From Antedon mediterranea (Eukaryota; Animalia; Echinodermata): 64,000 nt of DNA. Positions within the stretch are counted from its first letter, which is position 1; every line of letters begins with the position of its first letter. This document shows positions 51,814 to 63,685 of this stretch, in pieces. Under the pieces are notes generated by a model, which was not told the DNA's origin, did not search any database, and worked only from the letters and a program-made list of their open reading frames with translations. The position numbers were made by a program, and so were the translations under genes. Location: contig NC_092678.1 of assembly GCF_964355755.1 (NCBI RefSeq), forward strand, positions 7,890,422 through 7,954,421, read 5' to 3'.

Positions 51814-54800
51814 CATATCATTTATATCAGATGAGCTACTTCACAAAACAGGAGCAGAGGGAAAACGGGCCAAACTAAGTATTGACACAATGGGAAATAA
51901 ACATACTATGACCACACAAATCATAAAAGGATTGATGATCAGCAGACTAGATGGTCAAGGGAAGGTGGAGTTACCAGTTGCCTATACTAAAAACAGACTT
52001 CCGATTTCTAGCAGACATATCCCAACCAATGAAGATATCGCAAAATGGCCACACCTAAAAAACACAACAGCAACGAATATTGACACTGGAATTGGCCTTT
52101 TAATTGGAAACACCGTAGCTGAAGCGTATTGCCCACTAGCAACCATTACTGGACCACCTAATGCACCACATGCTACTGTACTAGAACTAGGTTGGGCTGG
52201 TTTATATGGAATTTGGTTAGAGAAGGCAATGACACAGGCCAGAGTCAACCAGCCAACAGAATTGACGTTATCAGTATTACACAATTAGAAGAAAACCAAC
52301 GTTTAGAGAAACTAGTGAGAACGGCCACTGAACTAGATTTTCCTGAAAGAGGACTCGTTCATGCAAAACAACCGTCGAGAGAGGATAAGTTGTTCGTTTC
52401 AAAGGTCAACAATAGCATCCGTCTCATTAATGGACACTACCACATCGATCTGCCATTTAGAGAAGAAACGCCAATACTTCCTAATAATAGGTTTATGGCA
52501 GTTAAGAGACTGGAATGCTTGAAAAACAAACTGCGTCGAAACCAGGAGTTCCAACACGACTACCAAGAGTTTATGAGAGAACTTATACAGAAAGGATTTG
52601 CTGAGAAGGTAGACAATATCGAACCGACGATAGGAAAGACCTGGTACATACCACATCATGGAGTATATAACCCACACAAACCAGGGAAGATACGTGTTGT
52701 CTTCGATTGTGCAGCCAAATTTCAGGGAACATCTCTCAACAATCTATTACTCCCAGGATCTAATATGACAAACAGTTTAGTAGGAGTCTTACTGAGGTTT
52801 CGAGAAGACCCAGTCGCTATAATGGCCGACATTGAGGCCATGTTTCACCAAGTGAAGGTGCCAGTGAAAGATAGAGACTATATGAGATTTTTCTGGTGGC
52901 CAGAAGGAGATGTCAACCAGCAGCCAGTGGAGTGTAGAATGACAGCACATTTGTTTGGAGCAGCGTCTTCTCCTGCTCGCGCCAATATGGCTTTAAGACA
53001 AACAGCTTTAGACAATAGACCAAGTACAGAAGACGAAGTCACGCAACTTCTATATTGATGACTGCTTGAAGTCAGTTGGATCAACATCTGATGGTATAAA
53101 TATGGTAAAAAACCTTAAGGAACTCTGTGCAAAAGGCGGGTTTAATCTAGCTAAATGGACCAGTAACAGACGAGACGTCATCAACTCTGTTCCAGTAGAG
53201 AACAGATCAAAGGAACTACAAGCCCTAGCATTTAAGGAAGAAGGAATTCCAAGCGAAAGGGCACTTGGAGTGCAATGGGACCCAAGTAGTGACTGTCTAT
53301 GTTATCAGCTTTTGAGTATTACAGAGCAGCCATGTACCCGAAGGGGCATATTATCTACAATAAGCTCGGTGTTTGATCCTATGGGACTGGCATCGCCCGT
53401 GATGTTAACACCTAAGATTCTTCTTCAAGAACTAATCAAGAAAGGCAGGAATTGGGATAATTCAGTTGAGGGAAATGAATTACGTAGGTGGAAACGCTGG
53501 CTAGAGAGCTTACCTCTAGTTGAGGAATTGCGTGTGCCCAGGTTTGTTACATGTAAACTTAGAACCGACCAAGAACTTCACGTGTTTGCGGACGCAAGCG
53601 AAAATGGTTATGGAGTTGCTATATATGTGCGGTCGCAGGTAGGAGAAACGATCGACAGTAACATACTTTATGGACGATCAAGAGTGGCACCTCTTAAGAA
53701 GATGACGATTCCCAGACTAGAATTAACCGCTGCAACTCTAGCAGTTAAATGTGCAAGTCTAGTTCAAGAAGAAGTTGACACCACATTCAAAAGAGTAATA
53801 TTCTGGACCGATAGCATGCTAGTTCTAAACTACATAAGAAACAACAAAACAAGATTTAGCACCTTTGTAGCAAATAGGTTATCAATCATTCACGAAGGAA
53901 GTGAGTGCGAGCAGTGGAGACACGTGGATACTGCAAATAATCCTGCAGACATAGCTTCACGAGGTATGCACTTAAGCAAGAAGGTGGAGGTTGAAATGTG
54001 GCTAAAGGGGCCGGTGTTCTTAAGAAACAAAGAAGACAAGTGGCCAAAGGGAAACCTAGGAATGGCTTTGCTGTCAATAAGTGACCCAGACGTAAAATAT
54101 GCAGCAGCAGCAACAGTTAATTCATGTGATTATATTGAATCATTGTTTGGAAGATTTTCTAGTTGGAGCCGGTTAAAGGTGTTTGTCGCTTGGATGCTTA
54201 GAGTCAAGGGTAATTTAATGCAACGTTGCAAAACCCGTACACCACCAAAGGGAAGAGTAAGAAGGATTGAGCCAATAACAAGCTCAGAGCTTGATGTCGC
54301 TGAGACAGAAATAATAAGATATCTGCAGTCGGAAGCTTCAAAACAACCTATGGGCAATGACACATCTAAGTTGGACCCCTTTAAGGATGAAAAGGGAATC
54401 ATCAGAGTCGGTGGAAGAATAGCAGGAGCATCTATACCATTAGAAGCTAAACACCCAATATTGCTTTCAAAAACATCCATAGTTGCTGGTATAATAATCA
54501 ATGATATTCACCAACGCATCGGTCATGTAGGAAGGAATGCCGCACTAGCAAGATTCAGAGAGAAGTATTGGGTGACAAGAGCACTTAAGTTGACAAAGAG
54601 TATTCTCTCAAGGTGTGTTACTTGTCACCCAGTATAAAGATAAAACAAAAACAAACAAACTTGTCGTAGGTATAATTAATGGACGTTTGGAGACCCAGAA
54701 AATGTCTGAATTACCAAAGCAAAGATTAATGAGCGGAGAGAAGCCGTTTACCAGATCTGGAGTTGACTACTTTGGTCCAATAGAAATCAAAAGAGGAAGG

Positions 54801-55644
54801 GCAGTCTTAAAACGGTACGGAGTTGTGTTCACATGCTTCAATACACGAGCGATTCATCTAGAAATGGCTGATTCGCTAGATACGGACTCCTGCATAAATG
54901 CTGTAAGGCGATTTATTGCCAGACGAGGTGCTGTAAGATATGCTGTCGGACAACGGAACCAATTTAGTAGGAGCCGACAAGGAGCTAAGAAAGGGAATGA
55001 AGGAATGGAACAACACACAGATTCACACAGTATTAAGACGAGACGGAATAGATTGGAGATTTAATCCTCCAGCTGCCTCCCACCAAGGGGGAGTCTGGGA
55101 AAGAATGATCAGATCAATAAGAAAGGTGTTATATGGATTGTTAAGGGAGCAGACAATAAAACTAAATGATGAAGGTCTGAGGACATTGTTTTGTGAGGTG
55201 GAGGCGATTGTTAACGGACGGCCATTGACAATGCTGTCTGATGATCCTAAGGAAGATCGCCCACTTACGCCGAATCACCTGTTACTGGCACAAGCAGATT
55301 ATATACCTGCTCCATGTATATTCAGTGAGGCAGATGTATATCGTAAGAGATGGAGACAGGCGCAATACCTGGTTAATGTATTCTGGGCAAGATGGAGGAA
55401 GGAGTATTTGGCGACATTGATGGAGCGTCAGAAATGGTTTAAAGAGCGTAGAACTGTGGATGTAGGAGACATTGTTATAATTGCGGAGAATTCCCCAAGA
55501 GGACAGTGGCGAATGGCAAGAGTGTTGGAAGTTTATAAGGATGCAAGAGGACTGGTGAGATCCGTTAAGCTGAGAACTGCAAGCGCTGAACTGGTACGGC
55601 CCATCACGAAGTTGGTTGTGATTCTGGAGGCAGAGAGTCAGTAG
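51814..55644 (+). pseudogene. pol: BEL/Pao #1 pol remainder: protease end, RT, RNase H, integrase, with several frameshifts
   Basis: WYIPHHGV, RVVFDCAA, HLFGAASSP, NFYIDD (out of frame at about 53045), FADAS, RLELTAA, DYFGP, GGVWERMIRS, LTPNHLL, RPITKL. Confidence 0.92.
54627..54658 (+). mobile_element. 32-bp retroposed SINE/LINE tail inside the BEL #1 integrase Zn finger
   Basis: acccagtataaagataaaacaaaaacaaacaa flanked by 7-bp TSD acttgtc (54620-54626, 54659-54665). Removal restores CVTCRRYN. Confidence 0.65.
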
Positions 55645-55758
55645 TTCAGATGCTGTTTAATAGATTGTTAAATTGTTGTTACATTAATTTATTTATTGTT
55701 AAATTGTTAACTATGTTTGCTAATGCCTTAAATCAGTATAGCATTAGAGGGGCCTGGA

Positions 55759-56585
55759 TGTTTGGTCCCAAACTAGTTTATATTTAGAAAGGGCGCATTA
55801 TTAAGAAAATGACGTCATTTTAGGACCATGTGAGGAGAGGATGTATGATCACAGCTAGTGACTTTAATTATAGGATATTGACATATATTGTTTAATTTTT
55901 GACATTTACCTGAATTGTTTATGTACTGCAGATAGCGGGTGACTTTGCTATTTTCGGTAAGCTGCATTCCGCTACATTTATTGATCAATAACTCATACAG
56001 ATTTAATGTTATAAGGCCAAGTTCTATTGAGACGCCATTAATTTCGGTTATGTTACCTAGCTAGGCCTAGGCCTATATATATTGATGAGATATGGCTTTG
56101 GCCTGTTGTACCTTAATTTAATCATTTACTAAGTATTAGTATTAATAATTCATTGTTAAAGTTACTGCATTGCATTAAGCACCTGGATACTATAGTTATG
56201 ATAATAATCTTCGCAAAACTTTATAGTTCATGTGATCATTTTAATTGATTTACGTATACAATGTCAATGGCATTTAGGTGTCGCGTCGTTGTAGGAGGAG
56301 TTAACCGCAAGGATTTGTTATTCGTTGCTATGACGACACGGTTTTGCATTTTTAATTAGTTTAAGGGATCGTCTTTTATATTGTTTGTTTTAACTTAAAT
56401 ACAAAACTTTTCAGTTTGACGCTTAAGGAGCCACATACTGTATATTGCTAGACATGCATTTATAGGTCATTGTTATGTTTTGTTTTAGTAATCTGGTTCA
56501 CATTCAAGAAACAGGAATAAAGGAGCACCTTGGGTGTTGGACTTGAATAACGAATATCACTCGATTTATTTTTAGGGCAGTTACA
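55759..56585 (+). repeat. 3' LTR of BEL/Pao #1
   Basis: Matches 31584-32431. Confidence 0.95.
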
Positions 56586-56623
56586 TCCCTCAAAGATATT
56601 GCTGCCATCCACAAGTCTAATGT
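56586..56623 (-). pseudogene. SRCR domain exon, 5' part (DIRLVDGSNIFEG)
   Basis: tgcag|AC ATT AGA CTT GTG GAT GGC...GAG GGA joins CGA GTT GAA at 31578 to give the canonical RLV.G....EGRVEV. Confidence 0.9.
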
Positions 56624-56858
56624 CTGCATAACAACAATTACAACATAAGTTTAAAACATATCTTTACATGTATACTGCTATTAATCCTACTTGAATGTTA
56701 GTAATAGTAGTAGTGATAATATTATTCTGCCCTATACAAATAAGTAAATAAATAGTTTGCGGAAAATGTTTACTGAAGCTTAAAAATAAATTATTATTAT
56801 TACTTAATTACTGCTTATCATCTTTAAATTATCAAGTGCGACAATTAGATAAAATAAT

Positions 56859-59523
56859 AATCGTATATGATACTGTGCAACGAAAATGGAAGGGATATAC
56901 GGCGATCAAAACCAGTCAAATCTTATAAAGTGTGACGTAACAATCGTATGTGATAATACGCAACGAAAAATGGAAGTGATATCCGGCGATGAAAACAGTC
57001 GAATCTTATAAAGTGTGACGTAACAATCGTATGTGATAATACACATACAAAATGGAAGCGATGTCCGGCGATCAAAACCAGTCAAATCTTATAAAGTGGG
57101 ACGTAACAATCGTATGTGATAATACGCAACAAAAATGGAAGTGATATCCGGTGATGAAAACCTGCCGAATCTTATAAATTGTGACGTAACAATCGTATGT
57201 GATACTATGCATACAGAATGGAAGCGATGTCCGGCGATTACAATCAGTCAAATCTTATAAAGTGTGACGTAACAATCGTATGTGATAATACTCATACAAA
57301 ATGGAAGCGATGTCTGGCGATCAAAACCAGTCAAATATTATAAAGTGCGACGTAACAATCGTGTGTGATAATACGCATACAAAATGGAAGCGATGTCCGG
57401 CGATCAAAACCAGTCAAATCTTATAAAGTGGGACGTAACAATCGTATGTTATAATACGCAACAAAAATGGAAGTGATATCCGGCGATGGAAACCTGCCGA
57501 ATCTTATAAATTGTGACGTAACAATCGTATGTGATACTATGCATACAGAATGGAAGCGATGTCCGGCGATTACAATCAGTCAAATCTTATAAAGTGTGAC
57601 GTAACAATCGTATGTGATAATACTCATACAAAATGGAAGTGATGTCTGGCGATCAAAACCAGTCAAATATTATAAAGTGCGACGTAACAATCGTATGTTA
57701 TAATACGCAACAAAAATGGAAGTGATATCCGGCGATGGAAACCTGCCGAATCTTATAAATTGTGACGTAACAATCGTATGTGATACTATGCATACAGAAT
57801 GGAAGCGATGTCCGGCGATTACAATCAGTCAAATCTTATAAAGTGTGACGTAACAATCGTATGTGATAATACTCATACAAAATGGAAGCGATGTCCGGCG
57901 ATCAAAACCAGTCAAATCTTATAAAGTGGGACGTAACAATCGTATGTTATAATACGCAACAAAAATGGAAGTGATATCCGGCGATGGAAACCTGCCGAAT
58001 CTTATAAATTGTGACGTAAAAATCGTATGTGATACTATGCATACAGAATGGAAGCGATGTCCGGCGATTACAATCAGTCAAATCTTATAAAGTGCGACGT
58101 AACAATCGTATGTGATAATACTCATACAAAATGGAAGCGATGTCTGGCGATCAAAACCAGTCAAATCTAATAAAGTGCGACGTAACAATCGTATGTGATA
58201 ATACTCATACAAAATGGAAGCGATGTCTGGCGATCAAAACCAGTCAAATTTTATAAAGTGCGACGTAACAATCGTAGGTGATAATACGCAACGAAAATGG
58301 AAGTGATGTCCGGCGATCAAAACCAGTCAAATCTTATAAAGTGTGACGTAACAATCGTATGTGATAATACGCAACGAAAATGGAAGTAATGTCCGGTGAT
58401 CAAAACCAGTCAAATCTTATAAAATGTGACGTAGCAATCGTATGCGATAATACGCAACGAAAATAGAAGCGATGTCCGTCGATCAAAACTAGTCAAATCT
58501 TATAATGTTTGACGTAACAATCTTATGTGATAATACGCAACAAAAATGGAAGCGATGTCCGTGATCAAAACCAGCCGAATCTTATAAAGTGTGACGTAAC
58601 AATCGTATGTGATAATACGCAACGAAAATGGAAGCGATGTCTGGCGATCAATACCAGTCAAATCTTATAAAGTGCGACGTAACAATCGTATGTGATAATA
58701 CGCAACGAAAATGGAAGCGATGTCCGGCGATCAAAAACAGCCAAATCTTATAAAGTGTGACGTAACAATTGTATGTGATAATACGCAACGAAAAATGGAA
58801 GTGATGTCTGGCGATCAAAACCAGTCAAATATTATAAAGTGCGACGTAACAATCGTATGTGATAATACGCATACAAAATGGAAGCGATGTCCGGCGATCA
58901 AAACCAGTCAAATCTTATAAAGTGGGACGTAACAATCGTATGTTATAATACGCAACAAAAATGGATGTGATATCCGGCGATGGAAACCTGCCGAATCTTA
59001 TAAATTGTGACGTAACAATCGTATGTGATACTATGCATACAGAATGGAAGCGATGTCCGGCGATTACAATCAGTCAAATCTTATAAAGTGCGACGTAACA
59101 ATCGTATGTGATAATACTCATACAAAATGGAAGCGATGTCTGGCGATCAAAACCAGTCAAATCTTATAAAGTGTGACGTAACAATCGTATGTGATAATAC
59201 GCATACAAAATGGAAGCGATGTCTGGCGATCAAAACCAGTCAAATCTTATAAAGTGCGACGTAACAATCGTATGTGATTAATACTCATACAAAATGGAAG
59301 CGATGTCTGGCGATCAAAACCAGTCAAATCTTATAAAGTGCGACGTAACAATCGTAGGTGATAATACGCAACGAAAATGGAAGTGATGTCCGGCGATCAA
59401 AACCAGTCAAATCTTATAAAGTGTGACGTAACAATCGTATGTGATAATACGCAACAAAAATGGAAGTAATGTCCGGCGATCAAAACCAGTAAAATCTTAT
59501 AAAATGTGACGTAGCAATCGTAT
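56859..59523. repeat. 83-bp tandem satellite, about 32 copies, with variant higher-order pattern
   Basis: Unit aaaatggaagcgatgtccggcgatcaaaaccagtcaaatcttataaagtgtgacgtaacaatcgtatgtgataatacgcaacg; period measured 58321->58404. Confidence 0.95.
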
Positions 59524-59526
59524 AAT

Positions 59527-59700
59527 TGAATGTTTTGGATAAAATGTTTTGAATGAAATGTTTTAAAATGAATGTTTTGAATGTAGTGTTTTAAATGAAA
59601 TGTTTTGAATTAAATGTTTTGAACGAAATGTTTTGAACGGAATGGTTTGAATGAAATGTTTTGAATGAAATGTTTTGAATGAAATGTTTGAATTGAATTG
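59527..59700. repeat. 14-bp minisatellite (gaatgaaatgtttt)n
   Basis: Directly visible, abuts the 83-bp array. Confidence 0.85.
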
Positions 59701-60924
59701 AAAAGTCAAACCTTTGGCGGCGCATGTCATTCTTACTCGCGACTTTTTTTCTCAATTTCATATCATTATATATGCCAAGTTGTTTGGAATGGCGTGCGTT
59801 TCTTGGCAGCTATTAGGATAAATTACGTTTATTTGCATATTTCCAAATCCATGTCTGTTTGGATTCTCTGTAAAGGATCCATATTGATGACAGCGTGGAA
59901 AGGAGATGACTAATGACAAATTTACTATTTTAGGTAATCAATAATTTGTATGTGAAATTAAAATTGAAACCTTATCTTTAAAAGTTTCTTGATAAAACAA
60001 ATCTTATCGTCTTAAATGTAAGTCCGTTCCAATACTATTATATACCTTTAAATTATTAAGAAAATGTACCGAGGAAAATTATCTACATTATGGAAATGTG
60101 GAAGCATGGAGGACATATCTCACTTTATATTCAGTTGAGATGCATTGCAATGTATAAGAGAAGAACAAATAAAAACACAAGATTTAATTTAGAATAATGA
60201 GTTAGATGTATAGGAAATATTCTGCACCAATAACAATAATGTTAAAATGTTATATATTCTGGGAACTACAATAATACCTTAAGGTGTTTTGACAAATTTA
60301 TAAAATGATTTAAAACTGCACAGCTCACAGACAGCTTATAAATGCAATATATAGGCCTAGTTTATGTTTTTCTTTTCAGTTGCTGCTCCCCAACATGAGC
60401 AACTTTTTCAAGCTCAGCGCGAATCGTTTCGGTTTGACGCTTGGCGCGCGTGTAAAGTGCTCAGTGTGAACCGGCCTTAAGTGTGTGGATGCATGGAAAG
60501 GTGAACAAAATAGTGCAAAATATTAGTTTATGAACAAATAGGAACAACTCTTGCAATTCAAATTTCACTATTTTTTCTTTAAAAGAAAAACTATTGACAA
60601 CATTAACTAGAGAATTTTATTACACTATAATTAAGATAAAGCTAAAATGCATATTCGAATAATGAAAGTTCATATAAATTGATGTTCATAAAAATGTAAA
60701 ATGTATTTAAATGAACTTACATCACACAATTCAACATATTATTTCTAAAATGTATAGTTCGAAACATTATTCATTTCAATAAAACTAGAATAATAAATGT
60801 TGTAAAATAGGGATGGTTAGACCTTATAACCACAAATTCTGAAAAGATCCATGATTAATATAATGCCCTACAATATTATAATATCTATTAAAAATGATAA
60901 ATATTAAGAGATAAGTAATCATAC

Positions 60925-61000
60925 CGGAATTTGAACCAACATCAGCACAACTAGAAATCGATAACTCCACCAATAATATTACCACTTTAAAGACAAACAT
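60925..61000 (-). CDS. first coding exon: signal peptide MFVFKVVILLVELSISSCADVGSNS
   Basis: ATG at 61000 (in-frame upstream ATG at 61072), hydrophobic core, donor G|gtatga in phase 1 matching the SRCR exon (G+AC = Asp). Confidence 0.7.
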
Positions 61001-61479
61001 CTTCTTACGCAATTCAGTACCGTGATGTGCGTAGTAAACTTTATCTCCCAAAGTCATTTCAACGTTTGACATAATAGTGTTTCTTTTAGTATTGTTGCAA
61101 AGAGTTTTAAATAATTAAGATAAATCAGTTCACCAGCTGTATTACTTTGCTTAGTGGTTGATATTAATATTTAATTGTTTTTGTTAAGTAATTACATATA
61201 TAGATTGAAGATAAACAGTAATGAATGTGAATTTACTATTTGTACTATTGATTATTATCTAAGAAAGTGTATAGAAAGGTTTTTTAGAACAAAGGATAAA
61301 TGCAATTATAGGTAACGTAATTGTTTAAGAATGTTTGCAAGAATTTAACATTCTAAATGAGAAAATGAATATAATGGGAATATAACAGGAGTATTAGTTA
61401 GACACTGGTAGTGTGCTAACCCTTATTTACTTATGTATTTTATGCATATAATGCATAATATATGCATATGTATGCACTT

Positions 61480-61516
61480 GCACTGATGAAGGGCTAGTGT
61501 TGCCCGAAAGCTCTGC
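61480..61516 (+). ncRNA. minimal type I hammerhead ribozyme motif (Penelope/retrozyme-like)
   Basis: gca CTGATGA a gggc-tagtgtt-gccc GAAA gc TC tgc: intact core, 4-bp stem II, palindromic AGCT stem III, 3-bp stem I. Confidence 0.65.
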
Positions 61517-61619
61517 TAACTTTTCTGGCTGTTTACTTTATCGTTTTGATTTAGCTTTTCGCTTTTTATTTTTGTATCTCCATTGAGATCCAGCCACTGA
61601 TACCCACAACATTGTCATT

Positions 61620-62461
61620 TTTAGTCGCGTGGAAGCGACTCTATAGTTCACTATGTCGGTCGGTCGGTCTGTCTGTCTGTCTGTCTGTCGCTCTGTCTGT
61701 CGGTCTGTCTGTCGGTCTGTCTGTCGGTCTGTCTGTCTGTCTGTCTGTCGGTCCGGTATCACTATGCGTTTTATCGCTTTCTGACCTTATCTTGATATCA
61801 GTTTAATCTAGCTAGATCAATTTTTCACAGTATATTCCTTATGGCCAGGAATCAATGTGGTTATGTTTTCACGGTGCGCAATAAAAAATTACGCGGTCTA
61901 CGCACGATTTAACGAAATCACGTTTGTAATCATATCTTCACAACCATGAATCACAATTAAATAAAATTTGGTACTCATAAATTTCAGGGCATAAATCATC
62001 ATATGGCAATACAATTACGTGCGTAGCGCATGTAACGCATGCGTACGCGCGCTTAACATTTTCAAAATTTATTTTCGATGAAATAAGAGTACATTTCAGG
62101 CAATTTTAAGCGTTTACAAAATTGCCATGAGTGCGCATATTTTTGCGCGCGCATTGCGCGTTAAATGTTATTGCGCACTCTTTTTGCCCGATTTCTGTTT
62201 TCTTGACTTACTTTTCAACTCGAAATTACGTTATACGAGCACGTCGAAAGTGACAGGCTACGCACGTGTAAATTTAAAAAAAATAAATGTTTTTAAACAT
62301 TTCAACATTTTTAAACATGTTCAGTAATTTCGGTCAGTATAGTTCACTATGTCGGTCGGTCGGTCTCTCTGTCTGTCTGTCTGTCGGTCTGTCGGTCTGT
62401 CTGTCGGTCCGGTATCACTATGCATTGTAGCACGCGACTTAATGGCTGTTGGCCTTGTTTT
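61620..62461 (+). mobile_element. Helentron/DINE-1-like non-autonomous element
   Basis: Sub-TIR agtcgcgtg (61623-61631) / cacgcgact (62431-62439), (CTGT/CGGT)n microsatellites, 3' hairpin ggctgttggcc, T-rich flanks. Confidence 0.65.
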
Positions 62462-62959
62462 CAGTAATTTGCCTTTGGATTTATATATATATATATGTAT
62501 ATGAAGAGAGGCACACACCAAACCAAAGAGAGAAAAATGTTTTATTTAGTTTATACTTAATTAATGGGAAACAAGTTGATGAATGTAAGGTCTAGGTTAT
62601 AGACGGAGTTTTACTGAATATTAATAAAAGGATATATCTTTTGGCACATATGGCGTTTCATACGTATACTACTTGACTTGAAACTATTTCAGACAAACAT
62701 CGAAAGAGCCAACTGGTGGACTTACATAAAAAGACAGACTTGGGGCAAGTCTAGTTACACACTTACTATTGACAAAGATCTTATGCCAGATAATAAATTG
62801 TACACAATTTTACTTAAATGCTAATTTTGACATCGTAACTTTCATTAGCCTATAATAACCAGACATGACTTTTGGGAAAAAAAAGCCTGATTCGGAGTCA
62901 TCTCATTCATAAAGAAAAACACAGTTGTTGTTCAGTGTAGAGTAAAAAGGTAATAATTC

Positions 62960-63680
62960 AATATATAATGCGTTATCATGATCTTTTAGAGTCAAAGTAA
63001 CTAGTTATGTCAACAAATAACAGGGTCGAAATTTGGTCATTTTTCGAAAATGTCCGTGTAGGCCTGTTATAGTAGCCTACAGGGATTTTTTTCAAAAAAA
63101 GCGACTTTTTAAAATTCAATTATATGCAATAATATTGCCATATATGCCCATATATTGCATTATCATCATCTTATAGAGTCATAGTAACTAGTTATGTCAA
63201 CAAATAAAAGGGTCTGAATTTGGTAATTTTTCGAAAACAGAGATTTTTTTAAAAATGGCCAAAATATTGACTATTTAAAATTCAATTATTATGCAATAAT
63301 ATTGCCATATATGCAAATATAGGCCTATTGCGTTATCATCATCTTATAGAGTCATAGTAACTAGTTATGTCATAAAATAAAAGGGTCGAAATTTGGTCAT
63401 TTTTCGAACACTTTCCTGTACTATTATAGTACAGGGATTTATAACTAGTTACTATGATTATAAAGATGATGATAACGCAATATATGTGCATATATGGCAA
63501 CATTATGGCATAATAATTAAATTTTAAAGCAATATATGTGCATATATGGCAATATTATGGCATAATAATTTAATTTTAAAGCAATATATGGGCATATATA
63601 GCGATAATAACGCATAATTATTGAATTTCAAAAAGTCGAAATTTTGGCTTTTTTTAAAAAAATTCAATAATTATGCGATA
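62960..63680. repeat. about 185-bp AT-rich tandem units with an inverted set (foldback-like)
   Basis: ttatagagtcatagtaactagttatgtc recurs at about 62986, 63171 and 63343 and is inverted at about 63440 onward. Confidence 0.7.
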
Positions 63681-63685
63681 ATATC

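Larger units (their letters stand above)
31584..56585 (+). mobile_element. BEL/Pao LTR retrotransposon #1 (outermost), inserted in the SRCR exon
   Basis: TG..CA LTRs at 31584-32431 and 55759-56585; 5-bp TSD TCCCT at 31579-31583 and 56586-56590; PPT-like agaggggcctgga; gag, PR, RT, RH and IN ORFs. Confidence 0.95.
10332..61000 (-). pseudogene. SRCR + LRR-array G-protein-coupled receptor (LGR type C / GRL101-RXFP-like 7TM), disrupted in this haplotype
   Basis: Exon order: signal peptide 61000-60925; SRCR 56623-56586 + 31578-31326; Cys-rich cap 30858-30715; LRR exons between 21910 and 12006; hinge+7TM 11358-10332. Splice phases are compatible except at the damaged cap exon. Lesions: LTR insertion in SRCR, frameshifted exons, lost conserved Cys residues. 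Confidence 0.85.

Noticed and set aside
56859-59523. CRISPR-like array or repetitive coding ORF (MEAMSGDQ...)
   Set aside because: Units are contiguous 83-bp monomers with no unique spacers and no cas genes. 83 is not a multiple of 3, so the frame breaks.
59760-59910. Extra receptor exon between the signal and SRCR exons
   Set aside because: No recognisable domain and no convincing donor before stops. The flanking exons already join in phase.
61538-62521. RQTD-repeat ORFs
   Set aside because: Translations of the (CTGT/CGGT)n microsatellite.
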